A stretch of 64,000 bases of DNA, taken from assembly GCF_947568905.1 (NCBI RefSeq), contig NC_079170.1, positions 53,754,001 to 53,818,000 of the forward strand, in the 5' to 3' direction. The notes under the pieces were generated by a model. The model was not told the origin of the DNA. It made no database searches and saw nothing but the letters and a program-made list of their open reading frames with translations. Shown here piece by piece: positions 45,101 to 59,600 of this stretch (position 1 is its first letter; every line of letters begins with the position of its first letter). The position numbers were made by a program, and so were the translations under genes. The stretch comes from Ostrea edulis. Its lineage: Eukaryota.

Positions 45101-45964
45101 CAGCGAGAAAGGAGCACAATTTTGTTATGTTACGATACGTTATGTTATATTTGCATAAATAGTTCATCAGACTGTGTATGTGCCTTCTATCGAAGCTGTT
45201 ACACTGCCTAATGTGATTCTGGATACAGGATGAGCATTTCCTTGAGGAAGTGCAGTGGGCAGTGTTAAAATCCTTCGAGTTAAACAGTGTGTAGCTGATA
45301 ACACCACCAATAAAGAGGCAAGGGCAATCTACACATACTGTTATGGATATGTATTCAACCTAGCAATTTGTGATTTGATGAAAAGGTCAAAGGTGATACG
45401 GGATTCATTGGATGATGTGTTGAAAATGTCCAAACTCGTGAAGCATTCACTTAGGCATGATAACATAGTGTAACAACTAAGGTGTGAAATGACACTCGAT
45501 ACACCAGGGTTGTGTGTGTGTTATGCCCAACCTGATGGCCTGTCAGGGCTGCAAGTTAGAATAGTATTCTGGAAAACTACTCTGTCCTCCAGTCACTGTG
45601 GGATAGCTGCTACAAGTGCAAAAAGGATCATGGAACCCATTCTCAGATTATCGATGAAAATGTCTTAATTTCTTCTTTGCTGTGTCCCTTGGATACGACA
45701 GTCTACGCTACAAAGGCAATTTAAGAAGCGCTTTACAGAAGGAGGCTTTATCACCCGTCGAGGGTTAACACATAACAGGACTTTCCTTGACATCGCCCAG
45801 TGTACTTAATGTGTAAAGAAGAGACATTCAACACATTTTAGAAATCAATCAACAACAATTTGATGACCTTGACGTCAGTGAATCAACATACAAGTTCTAC
45901 AGTGACGAGTTGGACAAGACATCTCTTTCAGCACAATTTGAGACTTTCACTGCATACGCGAAGA

Positions 45965-46375
45965 GCAGCGTGAATGATCCATCACCAGTGTCTGTGTCGG
46001 CGAGGAACAGCGTGAGTGATCCAACACCAGTGTCTATGTCGGCGAGGAACAGCGTGAGTGATCCATTACCAGCGTCTGTGTCGTCGAGGAACAGCGTGAG
46101 TGATCCATCACCAGCGTTTGTGTCGGCGAGGAACAGCGTGAGTGATCCATTACCAGCGTTTGTGTCGGCGAGGAACAGCGTGAGTGATCCATCACCAGTG
46201 TCTGTGTCGGCGAGGAACAGCGTGAGTGATCCATCACCAGTGCCTGTGTCGGCGAGGAACAGCGTGAGTGATCCATCACCAGTGTCTATGTCGGCGAGGA
46301 ACAGCGTGATTGATCCATCACCAGTGTCTGTGTCGGATTAGTGAGTGATCCATCACCAGTGTCTGTGTCGGATTT
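45965..46375 (+). repeat. 42-bp minisatellite (about 9 copies, 14 aa per unit) inside the hAT fossil
   Basis: ORF 45910..46341 repeats SVSDPSPVSVSARN. Confidence 0.95.
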
Positions 46376-47670
46376 GGTGAAGTTAGTGTGTGAAATGTAT
46401 CCCACTTCCAGATGGTTTTGACTATACTGGAGCTTGTTCTTATGATGTCAGCCACTCCTGTCAGCCAGTGAGTGGATAATCTTTGCACTATGTCATATAC
46501 AATGTAAATACTTACCTGCGTCTACTATGCTCCAGGACAGGCTGAACAACCTGCTGATTCAGCACATTCACTGGGAGTCCACAGATGCCTTGAACCCTTC
46601 AGCTATTGCCAATAACATTGTGTCTGCGCTGGATTCATATAAATTCATTCTTGATTTTTTAATGCATCCGAATAATTGTCTTATATACATGTATGTGTTC
46701 ATTTGACACTAGTGCTTTAAAAATGATTCATCTGAAGATATAGGTTTAAGATGTGTAATTACACACATATATATACCAAATTGCTACGTATTATTGATGT
46801 TTATTATGTTTGAGTCATGAAATAAAAATAATAAAACATAATACTCAACTTGTGCTTTATTTCAAATAATGCCCAAAGGAAATATATGTAATTATCAATG
46901 ATATTGACAAAAATCGGACTTTAAAATAATCACTCTCACCCCCTTCCAAATCCAATTTCACCTCTCCAGTGTTAAATGTTCTCCAATGCCGCTGAATGCA
47001 TGTTGTCTGTTATCTGAATACAAATATTTCAACACGTCAGCTGTATGCACAGACTAAGTGAAGTAATTAGAACTTATAAAAATGTCGCTGTATTTCACGC
47101 ACAATGTTTCTGCTAGGTTCCTTCGCTGTCTTATAATACCTGTAGAAGCAGTGTCACATTAGTCAATGAGTCCTAATGTCATTATACTTGATTGTGGATC
47201 CAAAATGAAGTCTCTGCGCAATTTAAAGAAATTGTTTCACATTAATATGGTCAGTGTAAGGTGCATGTACATGTTACTAAATCTTAAATCGTACATACAC
47301 AAAAATTATCTTATGATAATACGTAACCGAGTGTTTTCAACATCGTTCCTTTTTAACAGTTCTTTAAAAACGTGTTCTACTTCCTGACTATTTACATCTG
47401 TATTCTTTAAGGTTCAGTGGCAGACTTAGTATTGCAGGTCAATGCTTTATGGATCTCTCGATTTAAGAAAAAGCGTACAACACATTTCAATTCAAACAAT
47501 TTTTCGCAGTTTGAAGATTGGCATGGAAATGCCTCTGGTTTTATACCAAACATTCCATATATGTATTATGTTTCGATGGTTCTAATCCTTTTAAGATAGG
47601 AAGAATTGACACTACAATGATATACTTTCAATTCAAAATTACTAAATGCAAAATGATTTTCTTAAATGAA

Positions 47671-48186
47671 AGGGACTGGTTCACGATTTTTGATAAAGAT
47701 ATTTTTCATTTTTGATGTTAAACATTAAAAATATAACTCATTTAATGTTGACAGCCAAACTTTTGACCTTCTGAATGCAAGAATAAAAGCAATATTTTAA
47801 CCTTAAATCTGTGTTATGTAAACAAAGACTCGAGTCGTTTTATGTAAACAAACAAACAAGTGAAATATCAATTCCCTAATATAAAGCATCTTATTTTTGC
47901 ATAGTCACAAATTTTACTTTTAGATGACACATTCTACCCCCAAAAATGCTTGAAATGTGAAAGATATGATAAACTTCGATCGATATCCATTTCTTTTGAA
48001 AATTTCGTAAACAATAGCATACCGCAATCTTTGTTTACAAAAGAAATAATAAACTCTCTAAAATGAGCTTCTGTGATAATGAATAACCTTAATTTTTATG
48101 TGAAATCTTTCAAACACATTAGACAGTAGATTTTAATCATTGAAAGAGAAAAACAAAATTTTGGGGGAAATCGTGAATCAGTCCCT
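47671..48186. mobile_element. 516-bp MITE (Kolobok-like)
   Basis: AGGGACTGGTTCACGATTT ... AAATCGTGAATCAGTCCCT|TTAA; left flank reads TGAA. Confidence 0.72.
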
Positions 48187-49679
48187 TTAAATGAAGAAAA
48201 AAAATCTTCAAAATTCTGAACACTTAAACTTGTGTAAATCTGAAAGCTGGCAATTTTCGTCAGAATATACCTAGCATAATTCCTCCAGCCACAACGTGGA
48301 GGAATTGCTCTCTAATATCCATAGTCCACAATTACTAAATATTCAAATCTAAGTAAGTCTATGAGGACCTCTATGTATTACTGAGATAATTGTGACGTAA
48401 ATTATATATACTTATAATCCATACAACTGAATCGCTACTACAGAGCATGCCCTCCAGATTTACTGTTTTATCTTTTAAAAAGTATAAAATTGCAATATTT
48501 TTATACACTGACAACTAATGAGTATACAGGTGGACCCCCAAACAACAATCTTGATAAAATAACATCGTTGTTTTCAAAATAATCTTACTATCTCTGGAAA
48601 ACTAAATTTCCTGAATATATAAACATTTTTCTTTTGTATATTTACGTAATTTGAAACTACATAGATAACTAAAGTGTTTGCATAGATATGTTGCTAGAAT
48701 ATTTGAGCTCGTAGTATATTTAAATATTTATGAACTATTGCAACATTAATGTAATACAATCTGTCCTTCATAATATGCTAATAGTATATCACCTTAGCTA
48801 TCAGCTGCCCATTGATAATCACCAGTCCGAACTCCACAGGAACCAGTATAACGCCGGGTTTCTTACATCAATTACCCTGCAAAACAGTGTAAGAATTAGT
48901 TTTATAATAAATACTGTACTTTATATGTGTCCCTCCCATGATTGCTTAGCGTTGACAAATTTGCGATTAGATTAAAAAGACAGATATATTCATATGATTT
49001 CCGAATTATATTCTATAGAAAGTATTGTTTTAGGCTGAAAAAATAAAAAATGTCGAACACACGACCTAGTATCTCGTATTTCCCTCTCAACTGACAGCAA
49101 TATATATCAATACTTTAGATTTGTAGTCATTAATTTGGAACTGTCACAGCAACCATCAGTTAAAAACCTATCCCTCCATGTGTCGGAGAATACTAATGTA
49201 CTTGCAATGACGACCTTACAAATTACGATGATGAGAATAAAAGAAACATTTGGAATATTAGGACACTTCCTATTCATCTCCAGTTTAAACCTCTTCCATT
49301 CTGTAGCATGCAGAGCGCAATGATTAGCGTGGCGTGATCAGGGAATACCATTCATTTTTGGCTAAGCAAAAATCCTAGGAGGACTAATGAATTTACTGAT
49401 GTAATCAGTAATTAGCTGTCGTTATTTTTGTTTTTTCTTCCACCAAAGTAGGGAGGAGTTAGGTCGAACTGTACTCTGGCAGATTCAACACAAGCGAACA
49501 GACTCATATGATGACATTAGATATTGGATCGATCGTCAGATCAGCAAAGCCAACAGATTTTATTGGCTTCATATGGCTCAGAGAATCTAACCTGAAAGTT
49601 TGATAAGAGAAGTGCTTACTTGTAATCAGGAACTGTACGAGTCGCTTAAAGCGAGAAATAAGAGACGTAGTCGTCTGCA

Positions 49680-49821
49680 ATGGCGGAGTGTCCTGCGAAA
49701 AATGTCACCAAAGACAGTCAGGGTGAAGAGATGCAACTGACCAGCGGAACAATTCACACGAAGGGAAATGTCGTCATATTCGCAATGGATGGCAGTGAAA
49801 TAGCAATAGACGCCCTTAAAT
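49680..49821 (+). CDS. Probable first coding exon of a universal stress protein A-like gene
   Basis: ATG, then VVIFAMDGSEIAIDALK (matches the USP N-terminal strand plus DxS motif), then a T|GTGAGT donor. No later exon found in the window. Confidence 0.6.
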
Positions 49822-49939
49822 GTGAGTATTTCATTACTATAGCAATACTCTATATCGAGAAAATAATGGTGAAACGTCTTTAAGTTTGTTGTTAAAAGTC
49901 ATACCGCTAATCACCATTCATTTGAGGTGTCCTTGACAG

Positions 49940-50021
49940 GAAAATAAGGTTCTTTTTGAATCGCGAAAATAAGGTTCTTTTGAATCGCGAAAATAAGGTT
50001 CTTTTGAATCGCGAAAATAAG
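49940..50021. repeat. 24-bp tandem repeat, about 3.4 copies, in a MITE remnant
   Basis: Unit GAAAATAAGGTTCTTTTGAATCGC. Confidence 0.9.
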
Positions 50022-51724
50022 GAAACGTTTGCGAAAATTGTTTTGCTGATAAATACATATACAACAAAGCATGAACATGGAATTAAAAGTCGCGAAATAT
50101 AAGTGAATTTACAGTATATTGAATCATAACTTGAAAGTTGTTCACTGGTGATATTACATGTACTTACTTAATATGTTAAAAACACTGAATTGAATATTTC
50201 AATTGATATAACCATGGGGATAAATGGGGGTTTTATGATATTTTTATGCATGCTTCTTTATGAACAATTCTTTATGCTCAATTGATAAGAGTAATATATT
50301 AAATTTGAAATGTGCATACCACAGTTATCAACATTGGCCATATCTAAAATTTAGATGCTATAGATGAAAACTGAGCTGATGAATTAGCTTCATTTTCTTA
50401 TGTCTTATATTTCCTCTATGAAACAACTTTTTCCTCGTATAATTAAGTAATATGATATGAAATCATTTCAATTTTGTATATCGATTTACAGAATGTTACA
50501 TCATCAGAAATTGTTTTAATCAAATATTTACCATATCATTGTGACATGCGATGCACAGAAAATGGGATTTGCATTCTGCTTCAGGCCGCGTAATATTTAC
50601 AGTTTAATGGTATTTTGTGTGTATAGAAAAAAATATCATGAATGCATTTTTCTCGATTATTTTGCTACTTTAGACATGTTGCACTTGGAACAATGCGTTA
50701 AACTAAACATGTAAAAGCAATATGACTGTACGCGTGCGTGAAGTCAGATTACAGTAAAACTATTCAAGTTCGTGATAAATCTCTTCATGATACGCAGTAC
50801 GTAATAAAACACAAAGTGAAACATTGGAAATAGTTTTGGTGTGTCAGACTAAAAGTAAGACGACGTTTAACGAATATTCAGATATACACAATTGCCTAAA
50901 GTGCTCGTTGAACATGTGGCAGCTGTTAATGTCAGCCATTGTATGAATAAAGGTCAAGTCTGTTAAAGTAGCTTGAGATACACGCAGCAGCACTGCATAG
51001 TGCCGGGTAAAGTTTTGCGTGCTCTTGAAAATTTTTCACAGAATCTTATAAAGAGAAGTTGGCATTTCTGCTGACAACTGTCTATCAAAATCCCCTGTAT
51101 CGTGCCCAGAACATGCGAAAATAAGACTCGAAGGACATTAGATTTACCGGAAATTTCCCCCAGAGCCATCTATGTATGATCATAATGACATGCTCCACAA
51201 ATCTGACATTACGGTTTCATTTGTTTTGTGTTATCTCTATTTGTGTTGCATAAATTCCATTTGCATGATTTATTTTTCTTAATTAATCTGCACTCCACAT
51301 GCTTTCATGATCAGCGTTTCATTGTTTTACAAATATTTGAATTCTTTTCTTCCTTTCGTACATTATTTGACATTTCTTGTGTATTATTTTTACAGTAATA
51401 TCTATGTAGACCGTGTAATGATTATGATATGAGGCACATTTTTGTAAAATCTGCATTAGCAGCCTTCTAGAATGGTTCTATGTAGATTAATAACACCATG
51501 TTTGTATCATAGATACTTGTCTGTACTTAAACTACACCTAACGTGATTGTAATCCGACAGATTGGATAACCAGCAAACTCACGGAAATCGCACTTTATGG
51601 GAAACCATTTGGATTATTCTTTCATTGACGATCTTCTTTAATGTTGTTTCTTTGTTCTTGTTTGTTTCTTTCATTTGTATTGAGTAATTGTATGTACCTA
51701 TGACTGTAGTAATGTTTGTATATA

Positions 51725-54225
51725 AATGTGACTGAGCTAATGTCTGTATCTGTGACTGATCTAATGTATAAACCTGTGACTGAGCTAATGTCTGTATATA
51801 CCTTTGACTGAGCTAATGTCTGTACCTGTGACTGAGCTAATGTTTGTATATATCTGTGACTGATCTAATGTTTGTATATACCTGTGACTGATCTAATGTT
51901 TGTATATACCTGTGACTGATCTAATGTTTGTATATACCTGTGACTGATCTAATGTTTGTATATACCTGTGACTGAGCTAATGTTTGTATATACCTGTGAC
52001 TGAGCTAATGTCTGTACCTGTGACTGAGCTAATGTCTGTATATACCTGTGGCTGAGCTAATGTCTGTATATACCTGTGACTGATCTAATGTTTGTATATA
52101 CCTGTGACTGAGCTAATGTCTGTATATACCTGTGACTGATCTAATGTCTGTATATACCTGTGACTGAGCTAATGTCTGTACCTGTGACTGATCTAATGTC
52201 TGTACCTGTGACTGAGCTAATGTCTTTACCTGTGATTGAGCTAATGTCTGTATATACCTGTGACTGAACTAATATTTGTATATACCTGTGGCTGAGCTAA
52301 TGTTTGTATATATCCGTGACTGATCTAATGTTTGTATATACCTGTGACTGAGCTAATGTTTGTATATACCTGTGACTGAGCTAATGTCTGTATATACCTG
52401 TGACTGATCTAATGTAATGTCTGTACCTGTGATTGAGCTAATGTCTGTATATACCTGTGACTGATCTAATGTCTGTATATACCTGTGACTGATCTAATGT
52501 CTGTACCTGTGATTGAGCTAATGTCTGTACCTGTGACTGAGCTAATGTCTTTACCTGTGATTGAGCTAATGTCTGTATATACCTGTGACTGAACTAATAT
52601 TTGTATATACCTGTGGCTGAGCTAATGTTTGTATATACCCGTGACTGATCTAATGTTTGTATATACCTGTGACTGAGCTAATGTTTGTATATACCTGTGA
52701 CTGAGCTAATGTCTGTATATACCTGTGACTGATCTAATGTCTGTACCTGTGATTGAGCTAATGTCTGTACCTGTGACTGAGCTAATGTCTGTATATACCT
52801 GTGACTGATCTAATGTTTGTACCTGTGACTGAGCTAATGTTTGTATATACCCGTGACTGATCTAATGTTTGTATATACCTGTGACTGAGCTAATGTTTGT
52901 ATATACCTGTGGCTGAGCTAATGTCTGTATATACCTGTGACTGAGCTAATGTCTGTACCTGTGACTGAGCTAATGTCTGTACCTGTGACTGAGCTAATGT
53001 CTGTATATACCTGTGGCTGAGCTAATGTCTGTATATACCTGTGACTGAGCTAATGTCTGTTTCTGTGACTGAGCTAATGTCTTTACCTGTGATTGAGCTA
53101 ATGTCTGTATATACCTGTGGCTGATCTAATGTCTGTACCTGTGACTGAGCTAATGTTTGTATATACCTGTGACTGATCTAATGTCTGTACCTGTGACTGA
53201 GCTAATGGCTGTATATACCTGTGGCTGAGCTAATGTCTGTATATACCTGTGGCTGAGCTAATGTTTGTATATACCTGTGACTGAGCTAATGTTTGTATAT
53301 ACCTGTGACTGAGCTAATGTTTGTATATACCTGTGACTGAGCTAATGTCTGTATATATCTATGACTGATCTAATGTCTGTACCTGTGATTGAGCTAATGT
53401 CTGTACCTGTGACTGAGCTAATGTCTGTATATACCTGTGGCTGAGCTAATGTCTGTATATACCTGTGGCTGAGCTAATGTTTGTATATACCTGTGACTGA
53501 GCTAATGTTTGTATATACCTGTGACTGAGCTAATGTCTGTATATACCTGTGACTGAGCTAATGTTTGTATATACCTGTGACTGAGCTAATGTCTGTATAT
53601 ACCTGTGACTGAGTTAATGTCTGTACCTGTGACTGAGCTAATGTCTGTATATACCTGTGACTGAGCTACTGTCTGTACCTGTGATTCAGCTAATGTCTGT
53701 ATATACCTGTGATTGAGCTAATGTTTGTATATACATGTGACTGATCTAATGTCTGTACCTGTGACTGAGCTAATGTCTGTACCTGTGACTGAGCTAATGT
53801 CTGTATATACCTGTGACTGAGCTAATGTCTGTATATACCTGTGACTGATCTAATGTTTGTATATACCTGTGACTGAGCTAATGTATGTACCTGTGACTGA
53901 GCTAATATCTGTACCTGTGACTGAGCTAATGTCTGTATATACCTGTGACTGAGCTAATGTCTGTATATACCTGTGACTGATCTAATGTTTGTATATACAT
54001 GTGACTGAGATAATGTATGTACCTGTGACTGAGCTAATTTCTGTACCTGTGACTGAGCTAATGTCTGTATATACCTGTGACTGAGCTAATGTCTGTATAT
54101 ACCTGTGACTGATCTAATGTTTGTATATACCTGTGACTGAGATAATGTATGTACCTGTGACTGAGCTAATTTCTGTACCTGTGACTGAGCTAATGTCTGT
54201 ACCTGTGACTGAGCTAATGTTTGAG
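51725..54225. repeat. About 2.5-kb satellite of interspersed 28-bp and 24-bp units
   Basis: CTGTGACTGAGCTAATGTCTGTATATAC and CTGTGACTGAGCTAATGTCTGTAC. Confidence 0.97.
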
Positions 54226-54343
54226 CCCAGTGTTAATCGATACCTTTATCTCGTATTAAATATCAAGCGTCTTAAAAGCATTAAAATTGTAACGTAGAGA
54301 TATGCATATGACTCAAGTACACTGTATATATCTTATATTACAC

Positions 54344-54625
54344 GAGGAGATGCTTTGCCTTGAACCCCCTCCTCTCTCTGCAAGATGAGATGCTTTTGCC
54401 TTGAACCCCCTCCTCTCTCTGCAAGATGAGATGCTTTTGCCTTGAACCCCCTCCTCTCTCTGCAAGATGAGATGCTTTTGCCTTGAACCCCCTCCTCTCT
54501 CTGCAAGATGAGATGCTTTTGCCTTGAATCCCCTCCTCTCTCTGCACGAGGAGATGCTTAGCCTTGACCCCCGCTCCTCCCTCTACACAAGGTGATGCTT
54601 TTGCCTTGAACCCCCTCCTTTCTCT
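54344..54625. repeat. 41-bp minisatellite, about 6-7 copies
   Basis: Unit GAGATGCTTTTGCCTTGAACCCCCTCCTCTCTCTGCAAGAT. Confidence 0.95.
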
Positions 54626-55597
54626 GGCCTGTATAAGTGTACTTGTCAAGTATTATGCTTTATGCGTATTAAAGACAAATTCGTATGTTTGCAAATGGAC
54701 TATGACATTTTATGATTCTACTGAATGATAAGTGAATGGCGACTGAATGGTCAGTAAATGGCTACTGAATGATAAACCCATGTTTCAGGGGATATTCAGT
54801 AACTTTCAGTCACCGACAGGTTCTCTTCCGTCCGTTTTATTTTATTTGTATCGCATAAATTTTCATTTGTATCCCAAATTTTCCATGTCTATTCCATTAC
54901 TTTCCGTGTAGACTGTAATATTGATCAAATTTTACATTTTCTCCTTTTTCTTGTGTAATATTATGAATAATCTTTACTTTCCTTATGGCCATTTATATTT
55001 CTTGACCTTTGGTTTGAATTCATCCTTGATTTTTTTTCCATCGCAATTTCATGTTTTGACAATCTTCGGTCATAGCAATTCTGAGATTACATACACGGTC
55101 TATATACTATTGTAGAAATAATGCAAACGGTCAAAGATGCACTATAGGAAAAAAGAATTCAAACATTAGGAAAGCAATGAAAAACTGATAAAAAGCACGT
55201 AGAATGCAGATTCATTAAGAAAAATTATACAAATGGAAATTTTGTGCAACACAGATCGAAACTACACAAAACAAATGATAACTTAATGTTACGTTAATGG
55301 GATCATTCAGATGGGCATACCACGCTGATCGTACACAGATGGAATTGCACGGGGACATTTCCGGTGTATTTATGTCCTTCCAGCCTTATTTGTCCATTTT
55401 TGAACATGCCTAGGGTACAGAAGGCTATAGTAGATTCACTCCGATAGAAGGAAAAAACGGAGATCTCGAACATTTAAACCGAACAGTGACTTCATAATTG
55501 TCCCTGAAATCCATCAGCTTCCATATACTCATTAATGCTAACGGCCTTGTTATATATTTGCACATGGTTATTTTATATTATCATTACATTTTTCATT

Positions 55598-55942
55598 GAC
55601 CAGTCCCTAGAGCTCAGTGGTAGAACATTGACTCCGTAATCGGGACGTCGAGAGTTCGAGCTCCGCTCGTGCCCTGGCCGTGTCAAACCTAAGACGTAAA
55701 CATAGGTAGTGATTGCTCCTTCGCCAAACGCCCGGTATTTAGAATTGAGAATCACAGGTCTTTCGAATATGACCTTAACATGAAGGTCCCGTGTCGTGGA
55801 AAGTGTTGACACGTTAAAGAACCCTCACTGCTACGGCCGTAAGCGCCAAACATAGGTCTAAATGTGGTGCTTTTCTGCTGGTGTCGTCTCAACATGAGTG
55901 AAAAACTCTCGATGGGACATAAAACAAACAACTAAACAACCA
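55598..55942 (+). mobile_element. tRNA-derived SINE
   Basis: A box AGCTCAGTGGTAGA, B box GTTCGAGCTCC, conserved core, A-rich tail. Confidence 0.85.
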
Positions 55943-56289
55943 TTTTTCGTTGTATGTCTTCCATACGGTGAGATGCAATAAATATATTGGAGTACACCAC
56001 AGTGGGTACAAATGTTTATCACGATGTTCATCTGAATGAGGACCATAAGCTGTGAAATAATGATAATCTAATATCTGCAGCTTCTCGGGTCAGAAAAGGC
56101 TCCTATATGAATAAATGTAGTTATTTTTCCTTGTACTATTCAAATATGGAAATACTCGTCTTTAAAAGTTCGGAGTCATCCAACCGTCTCCTTATTTTCA
56201 AAAGCTATCAAAATCACGTTTTACAACAAAACAAATACATGTAAGTTATGTTGTATATATATATTTGGTAAATATACTTCACTGTCAAC

Positions 56290-56572
56290 TGTCGATGTAG
56301 CTCAGTGATAGAGCGTTCGTTTCGTAACCAGGAGGTCGTGAGCTCTAGTCCCGGTCTTGCCATGGTTGCGTGAAACATAAGACGTTAAAATAGGTCGTGA
56401 TTGCTCCTCGCCGAACGTTTGGCATTTAGAAGTAAGAATCACGTGTCTTTCGGATATGACCTTTAAAATGGAGGCGTTGGCACGATAAATAACCCTCACG
56501 ACTATGACCCTGAGCGCAAATCATACATGTAGGTCTAAATTTGTGGTACTTCAATCAATCAATCAATCAATC
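56290..56572 (+). mobile_element. tRNA-derived SINE (same family, internal deletion, (TCAA)n tail)
   Basis: TAGCTCAGTGATAGAGCG head; body colinear with the 55598 copy. Confidence 0.85.
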
Positions 56573-56699
56573 CTTGTCAATTTAGAAATATTGTAAGTTA
56601 CTTTTATATGCTGAACCTTTTAACTATGCACTTCTAAATGAAAAACCAAGATGTCAAAAATTTGGTTTTCATACTGAAAATGCTATTTCATATATACAC

Positions 56700-59600
56700 A
56701 TACTGATGCTATATTACATATCCACTTACTAATGGTATGTTACAAATATACCTACTGGTGCTATGTTATATATACACTTACTGATGTTATGTTATATATA
56801 CACTTACTGATGTTATATTATATAGAGTTATTGATGTTATGTTACATATACACTTACTGATGTTATATTATATAGAGTTACTGATGATATATATACCCTT
56901 ACTGATGCTATTATATATACACTTACTGAAGCTATGTTGTATATACACTTACTGATGTTATGTTATGTATACACTTACTGATGTTATGTTATGTATACAC
57001 TTACTGATGTTATGTTATATATACACTTACTGATGTTATGTTGTATATACACTTACTGATGCTGTGTTATATATACACTTACTGATGCTGTGTTATATAT
57101 ACTCTTACTGATGTTATGGTATGTACACACTTACTGATGCTGTGTTATATATACACTTACTGATGCTATGTTATATAAACACTTACTGATGTTATATTAT
57201 ATAGAGTTACTGATGATATATATACCCTTACTGATGCTATTATATATACACTTACTGATGGTATGTTGTATATACACTTACTGATGTTATGTATGTATAC
57301 ACTTATTGATGTTATGTTATATATACACTTACTGATGCTGTGTTATATATACACTTACTGATGCTGTGTTATATATACACTTACTGATGCTATGTTATAT
57401 ATACACTTACTGATGCTATGTTATATATACACTTACTGATGCTATGTTATATATACACTTACTGATGCTATGTTATATATACACTTAGTGATGTTATGTT
57501 ATATATACACTTACTGATGCTATGTTATATATAAACTTACTGATGCTATGTTATATATACACTTACTGATGCTGTGTTATATATACACTTACTGATGCTA
57601 TGTTATATATACACTTACTGATGTTATGCTATATATACACTTACTGATGTTATATTATATATACACTTACTGATGCTATGTTATATATACACTTACTGAT
57701 GTTATATTATATATACACTTACTGATGCTATGTTATATAAACACTTACTGATGTTATGTTATATATACACTTACTGATGCTATGTTATATATACACTTAC
57801 TGATGCTATGTTATATATACACTTAGTGATGCTGTGTTATATATACACTTACTGATGTTATATTATGTATTCACTTACTGATGTTATGTTATGTATACAC
57901 TTACTGATGCTATGTTATATATACACTTACTGATGTTATGTTATATATACACTTACTAATGCTGTGTTATATATACACTTACTGATGTTATGTTATATAT
58001 ACACTTACTAATGCTGTGTTATATATACACTTACTGATGTTATGTTATATATACACTTAGTGATGCTGTGTTATATATACACTTACTGATGTTATGTTAT
58101 ATATACACTTACTAATGCTGTGTTATATATACACTTACTGATGCTATGTTATATATACACTTACTGATGTTATGCTATATATACACTTACTGATGTTATA
58201 TTATATATACACTTACTGATGCTATGTTATATATACACTTATTGATGTTATGTTATATATACACTTACTGATGTTATGTTATATATACACTTACTAATGC
58301 TATGTTATGTATACACTTACTGATGCTATGTTATGTATACACTTATTGATGTTATGTTATATATACAATTACTGATGCTATGTTATATATACACTTACTG
58401 ATGCTATGTTATATATACACTTACTGGTGCTATGTTATGTATACACTTATTGATGTTATGTTATATATACACTTACTGATGCTATGTTATATATACACTT
58501 ACTGATGCTATGTTATATATACACTTACTGATGTTATGTTATATATACACTTAATAATGCTGTGTTATATATACACTTACTGATGCTATGTTATATATAC
58601 ACTTACTGATGTTATGTTATATATACACTTACTGATGTTATGCTATATATACACTTACTAATGCTATGTTATGTATACACTTACTAATGCTATGTTATGT
58701 ATACACTTACTAATGCTATGTTATGTATACACTTACTGATGCTATGTTATGTATACACTTATTGATGTTATGTTATATATACACTTACTGATGCTATGTT
58801 ATATATACACTTACTGATGTTATGCTATATATACACTTACTGATGCTGTGTTATATATACACTTACTGATGCTGTGTTATATATACACTTACTGATGCTA
58901 TGTTATATATACACTTACTGATGCTGTGTTATATATACACTTACTGATGTTGTGTTATATATACACTAACTGATGTTGTGTTATATATACACTTACTGAT
59001 GTTGTGTTATATATACACTAACTGATGTTGTGTTATATATACACTAACTGATGCTATGTTATATATACACTAACTGATGTTATATTATGTATACACTTAC
59101 TGATGCTATGTTATGTATACACTTACTGATGCTATGTTATATATACACTTACTGATGCTATGTTATATATACACTTACTGATGTTATATTATATATACAC
59201 TTACTGATGCTATGTTATATATACACTTACTGATGTTGTGTTATATATACACTAACTGATGTTATATTATGTATACACTTACTGATGCTATGTTATGTAT
59301 ACACTTACTGATGCTATGTTATGTATACACTTACTGATGCTATGTTATATATACACTTACTGATGCTATGTTATATATACACTTACTGATGCTATGTTAT
59401 ATATACACTTACTGATGGTATGTTATATATACACTTACTGATGCTATGTTATATATACACTTACTGATGTTGTGTTATATTTACACTAACTGATGTTGTG
59501 TTATATATACACTAACTGATGCTATGTTATATATACACTAACTGATGTTATATTATGTATACACTTACTGATGCTATGTTGTATATACACTTACTGATGC

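Larger units (their letters stand above)
43945..46640 (+). pseudogene. Fossil hAT-family transposase (ZMYM1-like type), interrupted by a retroelement and a minisatellite
   Basis: Peptide remnants IYTYCYGYVFNLAICD (CxxH-like region) and, across frameshifts, TYLR-STMLQDRLNNLLIQHIH (hAT dimerisation motif); several stops and frameshifts. Confidence 0.8.

Noticed and set aside
54338-54649. 103-aa ORF; similar ORFs at 22334..22628 and 46034..46279
   Set aside because: These are translations of minisatellite units with no independent coding evidence.
55598-56360. Possible tRNA genes at the heads of the two SINEs
   Set aside because: A and B boxes run into a shared SINE body and tail, and no complete cloverleaf is evident.
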